The notes under the pieces: generated by a model
Databases searched by the model: none
Told to the model about the DNA's origin: nothing
Seen by the model: the letters and a program-made list of their open reading frames with translations, nothing else
Made by a program: the position numbers and the translations under genes
Shown here: in pieces, positions 12,591-25,710 of the stretch
How the letters are laid out: the number at the start of each line of letters is the position of its first letter
Numbering within the stretch: the first letter of the stretch is position 1
From: Octopus sinensis
Lineage: Eukaryota
Assembly: GCF_006345805.1 (NCBI RefSeq)
Contig: NC_042999.1
Coordinates: 137,392,001 to 137,456,000 of the forward strand
Reading direction: 5' to 3'
Length of the DNA stretch: 64,000 nt

Positions 12591-14260
12591 GATACGACAG
12601 GCTTCTTTCAGTTTCCATCTACCAAATCCCCTCACAAGGCTTTGGTCAGCCCAAGGCTATGGTAGAAGACACATGCTCAAGGTGCCACGCAGTGGAACTG
12701 AACCCGGAACCATGTGGTTCGTAAGCAAGCTACTTACCACACAGCCACTCCTACGCTTATATATACTAATGATTCATCACAAATATGCACATTCTTGAAT
12801 TGATATTATGACAGTGCATTTTCCCAACCTTATAATTCACAAAATAATATGAGCCAAATGAATTCTTTGTTCCCCAGAATTCAACTTACAGCTAATGACC
12901 TAGATTCAAACTCAGCATCAGGATCAGATGGTCTCCCAACCATACTACAAAAAAAAGTGCAAAAACACCCTCGTGAGACCATTACAGATATCATTTCAAA
13001 AGTCACTAGATACTGGTTAATTCCCAGAACTATTGAATGACACAATGGTAACACCTATACACAAAGGAAGGTAGCAGGACTGAAGCTAAAAACTGCAGAC
13101 CTGTTTCTCTCACGTCTCACACATCTAAAATTATCAAACACGTTGTCTGAAATAGAATTAGTACATACCTTTTGGAAAACAATCTCATAGATGATATACA
13201 GCATGGTTTTTGGACTGAGGGAAGTTGCCTTACGCAACTATTACAGCACCATTAGACTATTCTTAATAATCTCTTGAGAGGAAAGGACATTGACTGTATA
13301 TACCTTGATTTTGTTAAGGCATTCAACAAGACTGATCATGGAATCATCTGTTATAAGTTAAGGAATCTTGGTATCTCAGGAAAACTCAGAGAATGGCTCT
13401 TTGATTTCTTATATGGTAGGATCCAATCTGTTGCTGGAAATGGTTTCTCTCTGCAAAGTCACCTGTAATAAGTGGTATGCCTCAGTGAATGGTTCTAGGA
13501 CTATAATTATTTATCATCAACCTATCACAAGTGCACTCATCCAAAATAATGAGTTATGCTGATGATGCAAAAATATCCATGGCTATCCCAACTCTAGAAA
13601 ATACTGTCACACTCCAAAATGAGCTAAACTTTATTTATCAATTGGTGGATTCAAACAATATGAAATATAATACAACAAAATTTCAGGTTTTTCGTTACAG
13701 AGGGAATACACACAAATCACAATATTTGACACCTGACTTATTCAGAGTGCTAGTGACATATGGGACTTAAGAGTAGTCATGTCAAGTGATACATCTTTCC
13801 TTAGACACATCACCAAACTGACCTCTAAATGCAGACCTCTTATAGGATGGATCTTGCACACCTTTGTGATAAGAGAACCAGTAGTAAAGGTTAACTATAT
13901 AGAAAACCTGAGTTCTGAGCAGGTTTGATTACTGCTCACAACTATAGTTTCCTAACTCATTTGGTCTCATAGAAGGAATTGAAGGGTTACAAAGAACATT
14001 TACCAGTGAAATACCTTTGGTTAAAAACCTTTATGACTGGGAATATTTGAAAGCTTTGTGTATCTACTATGTTAAATGCTGAAGACGGAGATATACTATC
14101 ACATATGTATGGAAAATCTTGTTCCAAACTTCAGCAATAGAGACAATTTTAATGCACAAACTGTCAGCACAAACTGTCAGCTTCCAAATGAACCACCTTC
14201 AAAAACACTTTATTGACCAGTCTGATATTAAGAAGTCCTCAACTGTTGAACTGCCTCCCT
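11090..14260 (+). mobile_element. old CR1/L2-like LINE ORF2 (APE endonuclease + RT), heavily mutated
   Basis: APE motifs LAGDFN, TRGNNIPNLVLT, ISDHNII; RT motifs SGSDGLP, RPVSLTSHTSKI, YLDFVKAFNKTDH, SYADDAKI; many stops and frameshifts. Confidence 0.88.
12278..12757 (-). mobile_element. tRNA-derived SINE (family A) nested in the CR1-like LINE
   Basis: Reverse complement of the family at 17436-17812; tRNA-like head and internal (TA)n tract. Confidence 0.85.
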
Positions 14261-14779
14261 AAAGTAATCAGAAATATAAAAGGAACCTCTACTGAAACAT
14301 TAAACAGAAAAACATTGGCTTAACTCCTAACAATATTAATGGACTAGTCAGTCATTCGAGAATGCATTCAGGAAAGATCAGCTACTCCCAACTCAATCAC
14401 AGACCAACTTCACAGCCATAAAGTGACAACAAAGCTGATAGAAAATAAATTAAAGTGGTGCTCCACCATGACTGCAGTCCTACGACTGAAACCTCCCAAC
14501 TACATGGTTCTGGGTTCAGTCCCACTATGTGGCACTTGGGCAGGTGTCTTTTACTATAGCCCCAGCTCAATCAAAGCCTTATCAGTGAATTTGGTAGACA
14601 GAAATGCAACCTGTTGCATGCACGTGCACGTGTATGTGTGTGTGTGCACGTGTGCATGTTTATTGGTAATATATATGATTGCTCTGGCATGGAACAAGAA
14701 TCAATTATTGTTGCTATGTTTCTGAAAACCAGAATTCTATGAAGATTTTCTCCTGGTTACACTTCAGAGACACTAACTA

Positions 14780-14975
14780 AGGTTATTCTGGATGGTTTTG
14801 GTTACCAAAACATTGAGCTGGACTCAAAATTATGCTGCAACACCGTCTGATACACTGTGCAGTAATGCATCTAGATAAAATCTTGTGCAATGAAAAGACT
14901 TTGGACATCCTCTTGGAAAACTTCATCAATGAAATGAGCAAGTATAGAAAAATTTGTGGGGTGATTTGAAGCATT
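14780..14975 (+). mobile_element. hAT C-terminal dimerisation-domain remnant
   Basis: RLIHCAVMHLDKILCNEKTLDILLENFINEM resembles the hAT C-terminus (RL..LA.M.I...D.D..I..F). Confidence 0.45.
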
Positions 14976-15099
14976 ACTTTTACATGTATAATAATAAAAA
15001 ATATTATTATACCTGTGTTTGTTTTGATATTAAGATTGAAAAAATAATTGGCCTTGTTTATAAAAAGTTTTGGACCTGAATTTGCACCCCCTAAGCTAT

Positions 15100-15395
15100 T
15101 TCATTCCCAGGCCACTGTATGTGATAGGTATACTGGAGCAATATGTACAATGAGCAAACTAGAAACAGATTATCTTAAATGCTCAAATAGCAACCAAGAA
15201 ATAGTTGATAGCTTTTGTTACTTAGATGTAGTTAGCAGGGAAGATAGCTCTGCAGGTATAGAAGTAAAGATAAGAACAAATTGGAAAGAGTTCAGAGAGC
15301 TTGTACCACTGCTGACAACAAAGGTCTTTTCTTTCAGGGTGAAAGGTAGACTGCATGGTGCTTGTGTTAGAACTACAGTGCTAGATGTGCAATGT

Positions 15396-15446
<51 letters not shown>

Positions 15447-15515
15447 ATATAGCACAAATGTGCTGAGAGAAAAACTGACCATAAGAAGAATCAGATGTAG
15501 TAGTGTGCAAGAAAG
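15100..15515 (+). mobile_element. RTE LINE fragment split by (TG)n
   Basis: EIVDSFCYLDVV...WKEFRELVPLLTTKVFSFRVKGRLHGACVRTTVL. Confidence 0.8.
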
Positions 15516-15519
15516 ATTT

Positions 15520-15926
15520 GCACAATATATACACACACACATACACATACGCACACACATATATATATATATATCAATAGATAGATAGATTGATAGATAC
15601 ATATATACATACATATATACATACATACATACATTCATACATACATGCACATACATAGTTTGTGTGTGTGTGTGCTATACTGGAAATGTTTTTTGAACTC
15701 TGAATGGATTTTGGAAATCTACTGTTCCAAACAAACTGAAAATATAAATAGAAAAAAATGTGATAAAACTGGAACATAGTTGTATTTTCAATACAATATG
15801 TTTAAAAAAAAGCTGTTTCTCATAAACACAGGCATATACATATATGTGCACAAATATATCATAGACATACATATATGTGTGTGTGTGTGTGTGTATACAC
15901 ACATATATATACATATGCATACATAC

Positions 15927-16009
<83 letters not shown>

Positions 16010-16732
16010 GCCATCTATTTGTTGAAATGGTTTACTTTATGTATATACTGAGTCACTTGTTAGCATTTAGGTCAGCCTTGAAAAATAAATAGTTACAAGT
16101 GTGAGTTTAAATTACAAAAGGTAGGGGTTAGAACAAATCTGTGTTCTTTTGGGTCAAACACACACACATTCACAAACACAAACACACACACACACACATG
16201 CACAAACACACACACACGCATACACATACACACACACACACACAGACAGAAACTTATGTATTCACAGACACACACACATGCACACACATACACACACTCA
16301 CATGCACATGCAATCACTTATCCACTCACAAACACACACACACACACACATACACACACTCACATGCACACACAGACAGTCACTTATCTACTCACAAACA
16401 CACACACACACATACACATACACTCACTCACATGCACACACAGTCACTTATCCAGTCACAGAATCACATTCAGGTTCATGTACATACACACAGTATCATG
16501 CCCATGTATATACACATATATACACAAATATGCACACATGCATATGTTTTCCATGCAAGTGTTGTTTTTTGGTGCAAATATTTTGCAAAAATATCAATTA
16601 ATTGAGAATGAGTAATTTTTTGCATATTGTATTGCTGCACATTATCCCTTAGCTTGTTGATTTTCATGTTTTTAATCAGTCAGTGTATGTACGTGTTTGT
16701 GAGTATAAATAAATAAGTATATATATAATGAT

Positions 16733-16805
<73 letters not shown>

Positions 16806-17100
16806 GGCATGGCTATGTAGTTAAGAAGCTTTCTTCCCAACCGCATGGTTTCAGGGTTCAGTCCCGCTGCATGATACCTAGGGCAAGTGTCTTGTACCAA
16901 AATCCCTGGCCAACCAAAGCCTTACAAGTGAATTTAGTAGACAAAAAACTAAATTTAAATAATTAAAAACAGATGAGAACATATGTATGTATGTATGAAT
17001 GCATGCATGTATGTATGTATGAGTGCATGTATGTATGCATGTATGTATGTATGATTGTATGTATGTATGTATGTGTGTGTATGCATGTATATGTATTCTG
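15520..17100. repeat. cluster of (TA)n, (CA)n and (TATG)n microsatellites
   Basis: Tracts at about 15520-15675, 15850-16007, 16158-16540, 16735-16802 and 16980-17095. Confidence 0.9.
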
Positions 17101-17435
17101 CATAAAGAATGTACGTGTGCTGCATGAGATGCTAGTGTAGTGAATGGGGAAAGCTTGGTCTGCAATGTTTGCAGTCGTGTATGCTTGTCAAGAGCAGGGC
17201 TCATTAGCCACCAACGGAGCCTCAAATACAAAATATAAGTTAGTCCTAGAGCACACAATGTTACTAAAGGTCAGCAATGGTTTTGCTCGGTCACAAGTGG
17301 ACAGCCATCATCATCATCATCATCACCATGTGTAGTCATACTAATGTATTTATTTTCACTGTCAACTTTGACACCTTGATTAAAGCTTAATGTTTTCAGC
17401 AACTTGAAATTAAAATTTCACTAATAATAAGCATA

Positions 17436-17812
17436 GGAGTGGCTGTGTGGTAAGTAGCTTGCTTACAAACCACATGGTTCTGGGTTCAGTTCCACTGCGT
17501 GGCACCTTGGGCAAATGTCTTGTACTATAGCCTCGGGCCGACCAAAGCCTCATGAGCAGATTTGGTAGACAGAAACTGAAAGAAGCCTGTCGTATATATG
17601 TATACATGTTTGTGTGTCTGTGTTTGTCACCCCAACATTACTTGACAACCGATGCTGGTGTGTTTACATCCCCGTAACTTAGTGGTTTGGCAAAAGAGAC
17701 CGATAGAATAAGTACTAGGCTTACAAAGAATAAGTCCTGGGGTCGATTTGCTCGACTGAAGGTGGTGCTCCAACATGACCACAGTCAAATGACTGAAACA
17801 AGTAAAAGAATA
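17436..17812 (+). mobile_element. tRNA-derived SINE (family A), near full length
   Basis: Head ggagtggctgtgtggtaagtagcttgc...ggttcagttccactgcgtggc with Pol III A/B-box-like motifs; many partial copies elsewhere (3520, 14430, 16805, 59820, 60490). Confidence 0.85.
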
Positions 17813-18457
17813 AATTTCAACATTCTTTAGAGGTTCGTCAATGATTGTTCCACATTCTGTTGAAAGAAAATGAACATCTATGAAAAATTTAAACAAAATT
17901 GTGAGTGGCACAACTATATTTTGATAATAGTGCAAGGTTGAAAGTTGAGTACCATTGCAAGATTATCTGATCGCTGAAGCTGTGAGTATATCAGCATTAT
18001 TTCAGAAGAAATGGAAATAGTATATTAAAGTTGATATTGCTGCTGCTCTTAATGCTATTGTTGTTGTTGTTGTTATTGCTGTTGTTAATATTGTTTCCAG
18101 CTGCGACTTGTCATTCTGTATATTCAGTATTACATAAATCAATGTGCCCCTTTTTTTCTTTAAGATGATGAAGTATGGTCTGAATGAGATTTGCTTATAA
18201 TTTCCAGCAGGCTGAGCAAATACATGTAGACTCTCTTGTCGATTCATTGTTGCTGTTTTTATTATTAAGATTCATGTTGTTGTTCATTACTTCCTGTTGC
18301 AAAAAGAGCCCAACAAGGACCTCCAAATTAACTGACAGAACCAGGTCACTGACATATTGATCTAACCAATTCACAGTTCTTGTCAAATGTTACATGAAAG
18401 CATTTTAAGGATTTCATTTGAATTCTCTGTCTGATTCAGCTTTCTCCATCCATCTAG

Positions 18458-18502
18458 TCAATGGTTTATTGTTGGCTTCATTTTGTTGAAACAGTTAATA
18501 AC
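18458..18502 (-). CDS. candidate terminal coding exon (VINCFNKMKPTINH*)
   Basis: tgttag acceptor; phase 0 matches the donor at 18739. Confidence 0.2.
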   Translation of the reverse strand, partial: VINCFNKMKPTINH

Positions 18503-18739
18503 CTAACATGACACCAGACAGATGAACAAGCATTGAGAGAGGATACGTATAGCGATGAGAAATTGAATTTGTAAAGCATAAAAAGTGTCTTCTATTTAGC
18601 AGATATACAGCAAAACATGCACTTATCTATGTAAGATTTGTTTCTTAATCCTTCACTAAATAACTAAGCCATTGATCTCCATTCCTTTAGTTACATCATT
18701 ATTATAATTCTAAAAAATCTATCAGCTGTCTCTAGTTAC

Positions 18740-18810
18740 CTTGGCAACAACAGTTTCATGACCATCTAAACCGGTTATCAAAACTTGATTCCCATTTGAA
18801 TAATTTGTTG
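18740..18810 (-). CDS. candidate 71-nt coding exon (xTNYSNGNQVLITGLDGHETVVAK)
   Basis: Long pyrimidine tract ending ttcaagtag acceptor, AAG|gtaact donor, and only one open frame. Confidence 0.35.
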
Positions 18811-19217
18811 CTACTTGAAGTAAAATAATAGGGAGGATAGCAGAAGGTTTTTGCACTTGGTTACTACAAAGTTGTTGACAGCCATGTAGCAGTTTCCAAG
18901 TAGTTTATTGTAACAGTTTAATGTAGCCGCTTCAGTTCAATCATTAGCGATTTTCCTTCTACCTGTCTGGTCAGATGAGATTAAATAACTACTGCTCCTA
19001 GATCAATTACCAAACAGAAAAGTATGTTTTGTTATATGGAGATAAAGGCACAGCCAAAGATTAAGGGGTTTGCTTTGAAACTACATAGTTTCAAAGTTTG
19101 AGCCCACAGCATGGCAACTTGGGCAAGTTATCCTCTGTACCCTTGTGTGATCCAATATCTTTAAGTGGAATAGACTGAAACTGTAGACAAATGCTTGTCT
19201 CATGTGCATGCAATCTA

Positions 19218-19977
<760 letters not shown>

Positions 19978-20344
19978 CTTCCTTCCTTCCTCTTGCCAGT
20001 CTTGGAAACCCTAACAAAGGTCATGGAGGCTGCTTTTCCTCCTCCAAGTCATTAAGAAATATGAAATGATATATTCAGTATGTGCTACTAACACATTTCT
20101 GCACTACATCAATCTACTTCCCATTTCCTGCACTATTTATAGTTATTGTTATTTAATTGTATGAAATTCAAATCAAAATAGTATCTACACAGTTGCTTAA
20201 TCTGTTAGAAACAGCAGCAAAATCTTTCACAAATCATGGCCTAACATGTTTGAAAAGGAAGGACATATTTGGTAAAATAGTTGTAGATATACTATCTGCC
20301 ATCAGTTGTTGTGACTATGACTGTTTATGGTTTTGGCATGACTT

Positions 20345-20350
20345 ATATAA

Positions 20351-20400
<50 letters not shown>

Positions 20401-21000
20401 AATTATTGTATACAGTGCTCAGGTGCACCACAACTTGTCAAAAGTGCATATAAAGCATATGCAGTAAGGTACAAATGTCTGGAAAGTGAACAGTGTATGA
20501 GTCAGATACATGCTTACGTGTGTATGGAGGGGAGAAAATCAGGTGTAGTGTTGGCGAATCTCAGGAAGCATGGAAGTTTTGAAGGATGCAGTGCTCCGAC
20601 AACTAACAACTGATGCCAGCAGTTTGTTCCATGTTTCAGCAACTCTTAGTGTGATAAAATGTTTCCAAAAGTCATTGGAGTTGTGCTGTTTTCTGACTTT
20701 GTAAACATGTCCACGAGTGTTAGACAGGTGGAGTTTGAAAAGGTGCTCAGAGTTATTGTTTATAAGATGGTTAATAATTTTATGGGTGTCTGCCAGGTCA
20801 GCTGCCAGACATCAGAGTTTCAATGTATCCATGCCCAGGGAAGTAAAGCATTAAAGAAAAACAAATGGAATGTTCCTCACAAATCTTCCATCCTCTTCTT
20901 ATAATTCATTTGCCTTTACTGCCTTTATAACCAGAAAGTCTCACCTGATCACTTTCCAATTTGTACATCTTGGTTACCCCACACAATTGTCTATAATACT
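20345..21000 (-). mobile_element. CR1/L2-like LINE 3' fragment with (ATT)n tail
   Basis: Reverse complement of the family at 32760-33738; (aat)n at 20351-20398 is its tail. Confidence 0.85.
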
Positions 21001-21664
21001 CACCTCTGAGCCCAAAACGTTGATCCCATCTCTGCCACCCTCCCCCAGCATCTACCCAACCATGCAAGACAGTTTTTGCTTTCCCACACTTTCTGCTTCA
21101 ATACCTTTCTTCATTAACGGTTCATCCAGTGAATTTTGCATTTCCTTCATTTAGACCCCATATTCTGTAAAAATTCTCTCCCTTCCTTCAAATAACTCCC
21201 TAATTTGCATGACCTTTTAGTCCATTGCTCTTCAACACACCTGACACTCAACTTAGATTTTTTTTTTCTTTACCCTGAACCAACTCTAATTCATACCCTT
21301 ACACCCACAACATTACTATCTTCCTTAGATCATCATCAATAATCATTTCACAAGAAATGTGATTTACTGTCAGTTCTGTAGTCTCTCATGCATTGGAGAA
21401 TCCTGGAAGCAGATCAATGGGTCACCAAACAACACTTCAACTATGCCTGTCACTTTTCTATTAAACTTACCCACCCACGGTATTTTCTGTTTCTGGGTTT
21501 GTGATGCTATTTTACACCCTGTTTTCTCCACTTCTTGCTATCATAAAGGACAGTACCTCATTTTCTACCTCAGATGCTTCTATATTATGGATATAAACAG
21601 TGTGGTCACATTCACAGAACAACACCCCTCCACTGAAATCTACCCATCTATATTGCACCCATGT

Positions 21665-21905
21665 GGAGGCACGTGGCTTTATGGTTAGGATGTCAGCATC
21701 ATGATCGTAAGATTGTGGTTTCGATTCCTGGACCAGGCGACGCATTGTGTTCTTGAGCAAAACACTTCATTTCATGTTGCTCCAGTTCACTCAGCTGGCA
21801 AAAATGAGTAACGCTGTGATGGACTGGCGTCCTATCCAGCTAGGGAATACATACACTATGGAAACCGGGCCCATGAGCCTGGCTAGGCTTTAAAAGGGCA
21901 CATTT
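21665..21905 (+). mobile_element. tRNA-derived SINE (family C)
   Basis: Head ggaggcacgtggc...ggtttcgattcctggacc, central ttgtgttcttgagcaaaacacttcattt; related copies at about 36525-36812 (+) and 57290-57445 (-). Confidence 0.75.
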
Positions 21906-22689
21906 ATTTTTTATTTTATATTGCACTCCACCATAACACACACACACACACACGCGTATATGTAATACCTACAGGCACACATCACATGATTATCTTTTCC
22001 CTTTGTCCTTTACATACTACACAATCACCACATAAACATTGACTACATGTTAGTACACTTCATTTGCATTCGGTTCATATACACACCATCAACATAGTCC
22101 CTACATATCACACACACACACACAAATACATGCAGAGGTTGATACCCCTACTGATGGACAGACTTGATTGCATAGGCAATTAGACAAATATATGGGATTT
22201 ATTGATATACTTATTGATTGAAAGTCTGATAGTGATAATTATACAGCAAATCTGATACGCACATAGATGGGTTGTCACCTTAGCAAACTAACATATAAAC
22301 TGACCAAAAGATATACTGACACACACATGCATACACACACTCACACATACTCACACCACACCTCACACACACATATACGCAATTTAATACATTCTTAGCT
22401 GAATGTATTAGATTGCACGAGAATAACTGATATATATATATACAAAGATGCATGAACTAAGTATTAACAAAACATTTTCGTTGCTATTTAAGAACTACAC
22501 AGGTGGTAACATTACACAATTATCTATCTTATATACATACACCCACTGATAATTATACATTCCTCCATATCTGTCATGCCTTCTCTTTCCTTGTCTCTTT
22601 CATCTCCTTTTTCTCTGGCTCTCTCCCACTTTCTCCTTTCTTTTCCTCTCTCTTTCTCACTCTCCCTCATCCACCTCCTCCTCCTCCTC

Positions 22690-22734
<45 letters not shown>

Positions 22735-23534
22735 ATTCTTACTATGAATCCTGTTATCTAACTGTCACATTTCCTTGTTACACCAAGCCTGCAATGTATG
22801 TAGGTGTTGTAAATTATTTTTTAGCCTAGAGAGAGACTTCGTAATATTTAAATGTATTTCAGTTCTAATTTATACTGTGTTGTACAAATGTGTATGTGTA
22901 CATCATCACCATCAACATTTTTAGGACCACTTTCAATGCTAGCATGGTTAGACACATCGTCACATTCCAAGTTAGTTCTTATTCAGAGATTCTGCTTTCT
23001 TAAATATATAAAATTAACCTAGTAAAGTCTTCAGTTAATTAACATTCTGCAATGTAATTTTCCTTTTCATTCCATCAGTTATAACTTCTCAAACTGTGAT
23101 ATCAAAGGATCTCATATTTAATACAAATTCATTTTATTGGAATTTCAAGAATGAGAATTGTAACTCATTTAGTTTTTGTTTTTCAATATATATTTGAAAC
23201 TGAGAAAACATGTTATCATCAATCAAAATATTTGAATTAAAAAAATGTAAAAAACTGACATGAGGAATTTAAACTTAATTATGATTTTAAAATTCAAGAA
23301 AAAGAAAGCTGTAATTTAAATTTGAAATGATAAAAAATATAGAGGTGAGAATACCGAAATAAATTTAAATTCAAGTCCAGATATCAGTTACCACTTCACT
23401 TACCATTCAATTACCATTCTATACCCTTACAACTTCAGTTTGTAAAACCTCACTGTTTTATTATTTACTTCAAACTGAAAAATGAGAAAAGCATTGTTTT
23501 TTAACAAGGTATAAAATCCCAATTGAAAATTCCT

Positions 23535-24225
23535 AGCATGGCTTTGGGCTTAAGAAGCTTGCTTCTTCAACCATTTGGCTTCAGGTTCAGTCCCGTCATG
23601 CAGCACCTTAAGTAAGTGTCTTCTGTTATAGCCTTTGGTTAACCAAATCTTTGAGAATGCATTTGGTAGATGGAAAATGAAAGAAGCCCATTGTGTATAT
23701 ATGTATATATGTGTGTATCTTAGTGTTGTTATATCTATCTCCTACCATAACTTGACAATTTGTGTTAGTTTGCTTTCGTAACTTAGTGGTTCAGCAAAAA
23801 AGATCAATAGATCTTGGTAGATGGAAACTGAAAGAAGCCCATTGTGTATATATCTACATGTGTTTATCTTAGTTTTGTTATATCTTTCTCCTATCATAAC
23901 TTGACAACTTGTGTTAGTTTGCTTTCGTAACTTAGTGGTTCATCAAAAAAGATCAATAGATCTTGATAGATGGAAACTGAAAGAAGCCCATTGTGTATAT
24001 ATCTACATGTGTGTATCTTAGTGTTGTTATATCTATCTTCTACCATAACTTGACAACTTGTGTTGGTTTGCTTTTGTAACTTAGTGGTTCAGCAAAAAAG
24101 ATCAATAGAATAAGTAACTAGACTTCCCAAAATATGCCCTGAGGACAATGTATTTGACTAAACCCTTCAGGACAGTGCCCAGTATGGCTGCAGTTCAATA
24201 ACTGAAAGAAATATAAGATATCATT
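23535..24225 (+). mobile_element. family A SINE with internal 150-bp unit triplicated
   Basis: Unit starts (g.tagatggaaa..gaaagaagcccattgtg) at about 23665, 23816 and 23966. Confidence 0.85.
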
Positions 24226-25154
24226 CTTAGTATTGAATAAAATTTTCTTTCAGCTTAAAAATGAGATAACTAGTAGATTGCTGAATCCCTTACATTACTG
24301 GGATATAGAGTTTCCATTGAGGACTTGATATGTTTAGAGCATGTAGGTATGATGAAGCCCTTTTTCATTTATTCTGTTACTATCCAGTCAACCTTATTCA
24401 AGTAAACTTTTGATTAAGAGAACCCCCATCTCTTTATGATAATCACAACTATGTTATCTATTAGATAATGTTCTTCTCTCTTATTAGCTAGCAGACTGTG
24501 AGTTTTGAGGAAATATTGGTTGCTATTTTTAGTAAATTGTACAACTTCACAGAGGCACCCTTAGTTCTACAGTTTAGTTATACAAGTTGTTGGAATGCCA
24601 GTAAATATTTTGCTCACAATAGTAGACAATACTACCCTGTGGTATGTGTGTGTGTGTATCATCATCATCATCATCATCTTTTAATGTCTGGCATGGATTG
24701 GACAGTTTAATAAGACACAATGACCCCAAGGACTGCATCATACTCCAATGTCTGTGATGCCAACCACTTCATAGCATGTACTGGGGGCTTTATTTTTGAG
24801 CCACCAGCACTAGTTGGGTTGTCGTGCAGCTTTCATGACTACAAACCACAAGCAGGGAGGGGAAGCTTTATGCTAGAAGAATGAGTGGTAGAGAGAGGTA
24901 AAATATGAGAGAAGGGCCAGAGGAAAACAAGTTTCTTGCTGAAGAGGAACAGCATGACTAATCACATTTTAGAAGTGAGGATGGAGGGGTAGAACTGGAA
25001 ATTAAAGTGTCTTTTGAAAGAACACAGCACAACAAGATTGAACACAAAACAACTAATATCATTAATATAGTACAAATTATTTATCTTTTTGACTGCGGGT
25101 TTAACAGTTTATTATTTCAATTATTTCATTTTTGTATTTGTTTACAAGATTCTT

Positions 25155-25595
25155 GATGTGAATTAATGTAGATTATTTACATTGTTTACATTATTTACAT
25201 TTGACGGATATTTGTCCTTATCTTGTTTGTTGTTAACACAATGTTTCAGCTGATGTACCCTCCAGCCTTCATCAGGTGTCTTGGGGAAATTTTGAACCTG
25301 GGTTCTCATTCCTAAGGTATTTTTCAATGTTGTTATTATTATTACTATTATTCAGGTCACTACCAAGATTTCAAGTTCGATTCCAGGCAGTGACCTGAAT
25401 AATAGTAATAATAATAATAACATTGAAAAATACCTTAGGAATGAGAACCCAGGTTCGAAATTTCTCCAAGATACCTGATGAAGGCTGGAGGGTATATCAG
25501 CTGAAACGTTGTGTTAACAACAAACAAGATGAGGACAAATATTCGTCAAATGTAAATAATGTGAATAATGTAAATAAGGTACATAATTCCTCATC
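25155..25595. repeat. 440-bp near-perfect inverted repeat of a Penelope pLTR-like sequence
   Basis: Arms of about 205 bp are reverse complements with a 27-nt centre; each arm carries a CTGATGA...GAAAC motif. Confidence 0.9.
25470..25515 (+). ncRNA. minimal type I hammerhead ribozyme motif (Penelope type)
   Basis: gatac-CTGATGA-a-ggctg(gagggtatat)cagct-GAAA-cgtt-gtgtt: core, 5-bp stem II, palindromic AACGTT stem III and 5-bp stem I. Confidence 0.6.
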
Positions 25596-25710
25596 TCTTA
25601 AATATAGAATTGTGAATTAGTGTGTTGAAAATATTTTGTTGTTTCTCAGGGGAGGGGGTCATTATGCCAATAATAAACACATGCACTGTTTCTATTTCAC
25701 TTCCTTTATA

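Noticed and set aside
17436-17510. tRNA gene
   Set aside because: It is a tRNA-like SINE head that continues into SINE body sequence, with no complete cloverleaf.
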